Shown in pieces: positions 58,219 to 64,000 of a stretch of DNA of 64,000 bases (position 1 is the first letter of the stretch; each line of letters opens with the position of its first letter). The notes under the pieces were generated by a model. The model was not told the origin of the DNA and made no database searches. It worked only from the letters and a program-made list of their open reading frames with translations. The DNA lies in assembly GCA_050261575.1 (NCBI GenBank), contig JBLNDL010000005.1:1-64000 (forward strand). Reading direction: 5' to 3'. The stretch comes from Sphingomonadaceae bacterium. GTDB lineage: Bacteria > Chloroflexota > UBA6077. The translations under genes were made by a program, and so were the position numbers.

Positions 58219-58971
58219 ATGCTAACTGACGAAACCAAATGCATCGGCTGCGGCAGATGCATTCCCTTCTGTCCAGTGCAGGCCCGCTCGTTTGGGCGCG
58301 CGGCCACCACAGGGCGGACAGTGATAGTGATAGACAAGGATCGGTGCACCGAGTGCGGCGTGTGCGAGCGCACGGCTCCCTGTCCGGTGGACGCCATCCA
58401 CCAGGACGTGCTGGAGTGGCCCCGCCAGGTTCGAGGGATCCTCTCCAACCCGCTGGTGGAGTTCAAGGGCACCGGCATCCCCGGCCGAGGCACCGAGGAG
58501 ATCAAGACCAACGACATCACCGGTCGGGTGAAGTACGGCAGGGTCGGCGTCGGCATCGAGGTCGGCCGGCCAGGCGTCAGCGCCCGCTGGACCGAGGTCG
58601 AGAAGATCTCCATGGCGCTGGCGAAGCTGGGGGTCGAGTTCTGCGCAGAGAACCCCATCACCCACTTCATGGTGGACAAGAAGACCGGCAAGCTCGATCC
58701 CGCAGTGGTGAACGAGGTCTCCCTCTCCGCCATCGTCGAGTTCGAGATGGCCGAGGATCGACTGCCGGAGCTGTTCCGGGTCCTCCGCGAGGAAGTGGAC
58801 GACAAGATCGACACGGTCTACACCTTCGAGATCGCCGCGCGGCTGAAGCCCGATGGGACCACGACGGTGGTCCAGAAGATCCAGGACGCGGGCTATCAGA
58901 TGCTCACGGTCAGCAAGAACAACCTGGGCCTCGGGCGGCCGCGATACCAGGATGAGGAGGTGCCAGCATGA
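58219..58971 (+). CDS. 2x[4Fe-4S] protein with uncharacterised C-terminal domain
   Basis: CIGCGRCIPFCP, CTECGVCERTAPCP; GRGTEEIKTNDITGR; RBS AAGGAG. Confidence 0.85.
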   Translation: MLTDETKCIGCGRCIPFCPVQARSFGRAATTGRTVIVIDKDRCTECGVCERTAPCPVDAIHQDVLEWPRQVRGILSNPLVEFKGTGIPGRGTEEIKTNDITGRVKYGRVGVGIEVGRPGVSARWTEVEKISMALAKLGVEFCAENPITHFMVDKKTGKLDPAVVNEVSLSAIVEFEMAEDRLPELFRVLREEVDDKIDTVYTFEIAARLKPDGTTTVVQKIQDAGYQMLTVSKNNLGLGRPRYQDEEVPA

Positions 58972-59618
58972 CCCACAGCCTGCATCGCCGCGGCGACGTG
59001 GAGAGCCTCAAAAAGGACTTCCTGGTTCTGGCCTGCACGGCCAAGGGCCACAACGACAAGGTGTTCGCCCCGCTGGGCAGCGAGTTTGCTCGGATCTGCG
59101 CCAAGCACAAGCCGGTCAACGGCGGCGACATGAAGACGGGCAACCTGCTCTACGTGGATGCGGAGACGATCGCACAGAAGGTGTCCAGCAGCACCATCAT
59201 CGAGTTCACCTTCGACAACAAGCAGAACGTCATCGACTGCATCAAGGAGTTGAAGGAGCGGGACCTGGGCATCTCCGTGGTGATCACCGGCATGATCGAC
59301 GAGGTGAACGACATCGTCGAGAAGGCCGGGCTGCCCAAGGTCCACACCCGAGAGTACTCCCTGGGCACCCACGGCAAGACCAAGCTGCTGCCGGAGTGGG
59401 AGGTGCTGGAGTTCACTACCATGTGCGGCCACGCCATGGTAGCCAACGAACTCGTGAAGAAGTCCATCGTGGATGTCAGGAAGGGCCGCGCCTCCGCTCG
59501 AGAAGCCGCGGTGACCATGGGGAAATGCTGCTCCTGCGGCAACTTCAACATCAACCGCGCCGTGGAGCTAATCGAGAAGAACGCCCCTCTCTGGACGGCC
59601 GACTATCCTGTGTACTAA
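58968..59618 (+). CDS. Hypothetical protein with Cys-rich C-terminus
   Basis: MTHSLHR start, TMCGHAMV and CCSCGNFN; ATGA overlap with the upstream gene. Confidence 0.8.
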   Translation: MTHSLHRRGDVESLKKDFLVLACTAKGHNDKVFAPLGSEFARICAKHKPVNGGDMKTGNLLYVDAETIAQKVSSSTIIEFTFDNKQNVIDCIKELKERDLGISVVITGMIDEVNDIVEKAGLPKVHTREYSLGTHGKTKLLPEWEVLEFTTMCGHAMVANELVKKSIVDVRKGRASAREAAVTMGKCCSCGNFNINRAVELIEKNAPLWTADYPVY

Positions 59619-59724
59619 TCGGAGTGGGTTGGGGCCCGACATCGGTCCTGAGTACTGAGTCCCACTGCTCAGGACTCAGCACTCAGGGCTCGACACCGAC
59701 CTCTGACCCACGTGGAGGGGATAC

Positions 59725-60963
59725 ATGAAACATCTGATAGTGGGCAACGGGCCGGCCGGCATCAGTGCCGCCAGGACCCTCCGGAAGATCGCGCCGGAGG
59801 ACCAGGTGGTGGTGCTGGCGGAGGAGGCCCAGCCCTTCTACTCCAAGGTGCTCACCTCCTACTTCGTCGGCGGCAAGGTTCCCTACGAGAACATGCTCCT
59901 GGCCAACTCGGAGCAGTTCCAGGATCAGGGCATCCAACTGCGGACGGGCAAGCAGGCGGTGAGGGTGGATGCCGCCGCCAAGGAGCTGCTGCTCTCCGAC
60001 GACGAGAGGATCGAGTACGACCGGCTGCTGCTGGCGACGGGCGCCGCGCCCTTCATCCCCCCGGTCGAGGGCATCCAGTTGCCCGGGGTGTTCACCCTCT
60101 GGACGCACGACGACGCCGTGAACATGCAGGCGTGGATCCAGCCGGGCCAGAAGGCCCTGGTGATCGGCGCCGGCCTGGTGGGCTTGAAGGCAGCGGAGGC
60201 CTTCCTGATGAAGGGGCTCTCCGTGACCGTGGTGGAACTGCTCGACCGTGTGCTGCCGCAGGTGCTCGCGGTGGAGGACGCCGCCCGTGTGCAGAAGGCG
60301 CTGCAGCAGAAGGGTCTCGCCATCCGAACCGGTACCGCGGTAACCCGGATTCGCGGAGATGGGAAGGTGCAGCAGGCGGTCCTGAGCGACGGGTCGACGC
60401 TGGACTGCGACCTGGTGGTCGTTGCCACGGGCGTGCGACCAAACCTCGCTCTGGCGAAGTCCTCGGGGGCATCCGTCGGCAGAGGCATCCTGGTGGACGA
60501 GTACATGCAGACCAGCGTGAAGGACATCTTCGCCGCTGGCGACGTAACCGAGGGCTGGGACACAGCCAGGGGGCGGAAGATGCCGAATCCCACCTGGGGC
60601 AACGCCTCGGAGCAGGGCCGGATCGCCGCCTACAACATGGCCGGCTACAGCAAGCCCTTCGTCGGCGCGGTAACCCTGAACACCTTCACCTTCCTGGGCT
60701 TCTCCATGGCGGCAGTAGGGATCACCCAGCCAGACGGCGACTACCTCAAGGTCGAGAGCTACAGCGATCCCAGGACTGGGGACTACCGGAAGCTGGTGAT
60801 GCTGGGTGACCGGCTGGTTGGGGCGGTGGCCATCGGCGACGTCCGAATGGCAGGGGTGTGGCGTGGTCTGATCGCTCGCAGGGGCCCCTACGCCCAAGTG
60901 GCTCAGGCCCTCCTTCCGAGGAAGACGGACTTCGCCTCAACTCACGGCTTCGCGCCGGTCTAA
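59725..60963 (+). CDS. FAD/NAD(P)-dependent oxidoreductase (NirB/rubredoxin-reductase-like)
   Basis: IVGNGPAG, LLLATGA, VIGAGLVG, ATGVRPN, FAAGDV. Confidence 0.92.
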   Translation: MKHLIVGNGPAGISAARTLRKIAPEDQVVVLAEEAQPFYSKVLTSYFVGGKVPYENMLLANSEQFQDQGIQLRTGKQAVRVDAAAKELLLSDDERIEYDRLLLATGAAPFIPPVEGIQLPGVFTLWTHDDAVNMQAWIQPGQKALVIGAGLVGLKAAEAFLMKGLSVTVVELLDRVLPQVLAVEDAARVQKALQQKGLAIRTGTAVTRIRGDGKVQQAVLSDGSTLDCDLVVVATGVRPNLALAKSSGASVGRGILVDEYMQTSVKDIFAAGDVTEGWDTARGRKMPNPTWGNASEQGRIAAYNMAGYSKPFVGAVTLNTFTFLGFSMAAVGITQPDGDYLKVESYSDPRTGDYRKLVMLGDRLVGAVAIGDVRMAGVWRGLIARRGPYAQVAQALLPRKTDFASTHGFAPV

Positions 60964-61205
60964 GGAGCCTGGCTTCGTAGCGTACGGACGTTTGCGGAAA
61001 CGCGCCAGCCTGGTGGGGTCGTGCCCGCGAGGCTTTGCTCGCTCGCCTCGCGGGCACGCTCACCTCACGCTGCGTGTGCGCCGCCCCCTCGGCAGGAAGG
61101 CGGAGACACAGGCCTGTCCCCACTGGATTTCAGCAACCCCGCGTACACTGCCCCCAGCTGATGCACGGAGATGCGCAGGTGCGCGTCTCCGCGTATCTGT
61201 GCCGA

Positions 61206-61937
61206 TTACCGTTCCGAGCCCGTGGGGGAGCCAACCTCCTCGGCTTGCCGGGTCTCTGTGAGGTCCACCAGTTGGTAGCGCCTCACCGGCCTCCCGACGG
61301 CGCCGTAGCTCAGCTTCACCTCCGCCTGGCCCACCTCGGCCAGGTACTCCAGGTAGCGGCGGGCGGTGACCCGTGAGGCACCCACCTTTTCCGCCACCTC
61401 CTCGGCCGTGAGGTACTCCCTGTGTCGCTCCAGAAGCTCGGTGATCGCCTTCAGGGTCAGGTGGTCCAGCCCCTTGGGCAGCTCGTCCTGCTGGGGGGCC
61501 ACCAGCACCCTCCGCAGCCTGTCTACCTCCGCCTGGCTCAGAGTCGACTCGCCCTCCAGGAAGGCGCGCCACCGCCGGTACGCCTGCAGCGCAGCGGCGA
61601 AGCGCTCGTACTTGAAAGGCTTCACTATGTAGCCGACCGCCCCGTTGCGCAGCAGCTCCCTCACCACAGTCGAACTCCTGGCGGCGGTCACCGGGATCAC
61701 GTCCACATCGCTCTCCAGGCGGCGGACCTCCTTCAGCAGCCGAACCCCGTCCCCGTCGGGCATGTAGATGTCCAGCAGTACCAAGTCGGGCTTCTGCCGC
61801 TGCACGGCTTCCACCGCAGCCGCGGCCGATCTGGCGACACCCACCACCTGGAACCCCTCGACGCGCTCGGCAAACTCCCGGTTAATGTCTCCCACCACGG
61901 GGTCATCCTCCACCACCAGAACTCGCAACGCGCGCAT
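61206..61937 (-). CDS. CitB/DcuR-family response regulator
   Basis: VEDDP, DIYMPDGDG, YIVKPF, LPKGL...TL, SRVTARRYLEYL, YGAVGRP. Confidence 0.93.
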   Translation of the reverse strand: MRALRVLVVEDDPVVGDINREFAERVEGFQVVGVARSAAAAVEAVQRQKPDLVLLDIYMPDGDGVRLLKEVRRLESDVDVIPVTAARSSTVVRELLRNGAVGYIVKPFKYERFAAALQAYRRWRAFLEGESTLSQAEVDRLRRVLVAPQQDELPKGLDHLTLKAITELLERHREYLTAEEVAEKVGASRVTARRYLEYLAEVGQAEVKLSYGAVGRPVRRYQLVDLTETRQAEEVGSPTGSER

Positions 61938-61941
61938 CCAG

Positions 61942-63645
61942 TTACCCCCTTATACCATGGATCGCCCTCTGAGTTCCGGGGCTCGATCCCCCCTCTGAGC
62001 CGCGCCCAGAACTCACGAGCGGGGCTTGCCGTTCGGTGCCGGGCTCCGGCCTCTGACCCCCGCCGCGAGGTAGATGAATCGTGAATCGTGTACCCACCCC
62101 CACCTGGCTCTCGACCTCGATTCCTCCACCCAATCGCGACACCTCGTGTGCCACCAGGGAGAGGCCGATACCCTTGCTGCCAGGCTTCGTGGTGAAGCCT
62201 CGCTCGAAGATCCGCTGCCGATTCTCCTCTTCGATACCGAGCCCCGTATCCTCCACCTCGATCAGCATCTCCTGCTCGTCGGCATAGAGGGAGAGCCAGA
62301 CGTTTCGCCTATCTTCCGGCAGTGTCGATACGGCGTCGAAGGCGTTCTCCAGCAGGTTCCCCACGACCGTGGTCAGATCCGCCCGGCGGGAGCGATGGTC
62401 GTGAACCGGCACGTCGCTGTCGGGATCCAGGTTGAGGGTGATCCCCCGCTCGTTCGCCGCGCTGATCTTGCCCAGCACCAGCCCGGCCAGAGCTGGTTCC
62501 CGAATCCGGCGGGTCACAAACCCCACCATCTCTTCGTGTGTGCGGGTGGCGGTAGCGATGTACTCTATCGCATCGTCGTATCGCGCGAGCTGCAGGAGGC
62601 CAGAGACGGTGTGCAGCCGGTTGATGAACTCGTGGGCCTGCGCTCGAAGCGCATTGGCGAGCTGGGTCACGCCAGTCAGCTCGGCCGCCAGCTCCCTCAT
62701 CTCGCTCATATCCCTGAAGGTGGCCACGGCGCCCACCACCTTGCCGTCGACCACGATAGGCACCCGGTTGGTGAGGATCACACGCCCCTGCAGCACCTGC
62801 TCCTGATCGAACTCCGGCCGCCCGGTCTCCACGATCTCCGGCAAGCGAGAGTTGGGCAACGCCTCGACGACGGGTCTGCCGATAGCCTCCTGCCCCACCC
62901 CCGTCAGCCGCTCCGCCTCCGTGTTGAGCAGGGTAATCCTGCTCTTCTTGTCCACCGCGATCACCCCTTCTCGGATGCTCTGCAGGATGGCCACCCTTTC
63001 CTCCAGTATCGAGGCGATCTGGGAAGGCTCCAGGCCGAAGATGCTGGTCTTAATGTTGTACGCAACCGCGGCGGCCCCCAGCGCACCCACCCCCAGCCCG
63101 AAGAGGGCGAAGCCCGCCAACTCAAGCAGCGAATCCCTCACCTGCTGCGTCAGATGCGACATCCACACGCCAGCCACGACGACGCCCACCTGCTTCCCAT
63201 CGTCGTCGTACACCGGCACGAATGCCCTGAGGGACGGCCCCGAGATCCCCGTGGCCATGGATACATACTCCTCTCCCTCCAGGGACGGCCCCTCGTCCCC
63301 ACCCGTGAAGTGCTGGCCCACCAGATCGGGATTGGGATGCGAGTAGCGGATGGTATCCATGTTGAACACGACGATGAGGTCCAGGCCGGTTTGCTCCAGC
63401 CAGCGCTGGGTGAGCGGTTGCAGCACCTCGGCGGGGTTCTCGAGGCTGAACGCCTCTCGCACCTCCGGCCTCTCCGCCAGGAGTCTCCCCACCCCCAGCA
63501 CCCGGTCGCCGGCTAGGCTCTCCTTCTGGCGCGTGAGCGCTTGGCTAGCGAAGTAGGCAGTCACCAGCCCCGCGAACAGCAGGACCGCGAGCACCAACGC
63601 CGTCAGCTTCCACTGCAGCGGCAGAGCCGGGATCGCCCGGCGCAT
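61942..63645 (-). CDS. CitA/DcuS-family sensor kinase
   Basis: TM-Cache(RYSHP, GPSLRAFVPV)-TM-PAS, LRAQAHEFINRLH, GNLLENAFDA, GFTTK. Confidence 0.93.
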   Translation of the reverse strand: MRRAIPALPLQWKLTALVLAVLLFAGLVTAYFASQALTRQKESLAGDRVLGVGRLLAERPEVREAFSLENPAEVLQPLTQRWLEQTGLDLIVVFNMDTIRYSHPNPDLVGQHFTGGDEGPSLEGEEYVSMATGISGPSLRAFVPVYDDDGKQVGVVVAGVWMSHLTQQVRDSLLELAGFALFGLGVGALGAAAVAYNIKTSIFGLEPSQIASILEERVAILQSIREGVIAVDKKSRITLLNTEAERLTGVGQEAIGRPVVEALPNSRLPEIVETGRPEFDQEQVLQGRVILTNRVPIVVDGKVVGAVATFRDMSEMRELAAELTGVTQLANALRAQAHEFINRLHTVSGLLQLARYDDAIEYIATATRTHEEMVGFVTRRIREPALAGLVLGKISAANERGITLNLDPDSDVPVHDHRSRRADLTTVVGNLLENAFDAVSTLPEDRRNVWLSLYADEQEMLIEVEDTGLGIEEENRQRIFERGFTTKPGSKGIGLSLVAHEVSRLGGGIEVESQVGVGTRFTIHLPRGGGQRPEPGTERQAPLVSSGRGSEGGSSPGTQRAIHGIRG

Positions 63646-63795
63646 CGTTTCGGTTCGATATCCGTGGCCATCTACTACGGCAGACGTAGCGCTTCCTCCA
63701 GTAGGGGTGGTGGTGTGCCCGAGTTTACCGTTGGCCCGGTAACCTGTCAAACTGCGCTCACGTCCAACCCCAGACCTGTGGTCGATTCCCCTCGT

Positions 63796-63973
63796 TTTTC
63801 CCCACTCTCTGTGGATAACCAGCCGTTTCCTGTGGAAAACCCACTCGCGTTGTGGATAACACGCCCACTCATCCACACCCTCCAGGCCCGGCGGACACCC
63901 ACTCGCACAGCCTCACCGGCCACCCTCTCCGCCTCACACAACCTTTCCACACCCCTTCCCAGCCTTGCCCACA
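63796..63973. other. DnaA-box cluster, candidate oriC
   Basis: TGTGGATAA at 63810 and 63851, TGTGGAAAA at 63831, TCATCCACA at 63869, CTTTCCACA at 63943, weaker boxes at 63796 and 63965. Confidence 0.7.
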
Positions 63974-64000
63974 CCGGCTCACGCACGCCGCACGCACGGT

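Noticed and set aside
6697..59690. CRISPR array
   Set aside because: Repeats are dispersed hairpins with no regular repeat-spacer units and no cas genes
2464..63516. Long antisense or alternate-frame ORFs (e.g. 2464-3864, 5120-6691, 11410-13032, 40508-41788, 62074-63516)
   Set aside because: Shadow ORFs of real genes in high-GC DNA, with no recognisable motifs

Overview
GC-rich bacterial chromosomal segment, probably Chloroflexota (inferred from the DnaA N-terminus, Pro/Ala/Thr-linker lipoproteins and the hairpin repeat families). It has about 55 genes and no rRNA, tRNA, CRISPR array or intact transposase. In order: a secreted beta-propeller protein; a tungsten-type aldehyde:ferredoxin oxidoreductase (AOR) locus with four MoaD/ThiS-like proteins and a two-component system; coaE and map; a TAXI-TRAP transporter; cfa; an ECF sigma/anti-sigma pair; a phosphonate module; a soluble MCP; a TetR-controlled ABC-2/HlyD exporter; a hydroxyproline-type catabolic cluster with a Liv transporter; glycosyltransferases; dnaA; an Fe-S operon built around a degenerate CO dehydrogenase; a CitAB-type two-component system; and a DnaA-box cluster (candidate oriC) at the right edge. 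Two candidate undescribed systems stand out. (1) A LysR regulon joins PEP mutase, a D-2-hydroxyacid dehydrogenase, a DASS carrier and an Na/Pi-PhoU transporter through two promoters with identical architecture. No phosphonopyruvate decarboxylase is present, which suggests PepM runs 'backwards' to catabolise a phosphono-hydroxyacid to PEP. (2) A cooF-cooS*-X-Y-FAD/NAD oxidoreductase operon has a CooS lacking the catalytic His/Lys and two C-cluster ligands, and is preceded by a structured leader RNA. All calls come from reading the sequence; no database search was run.
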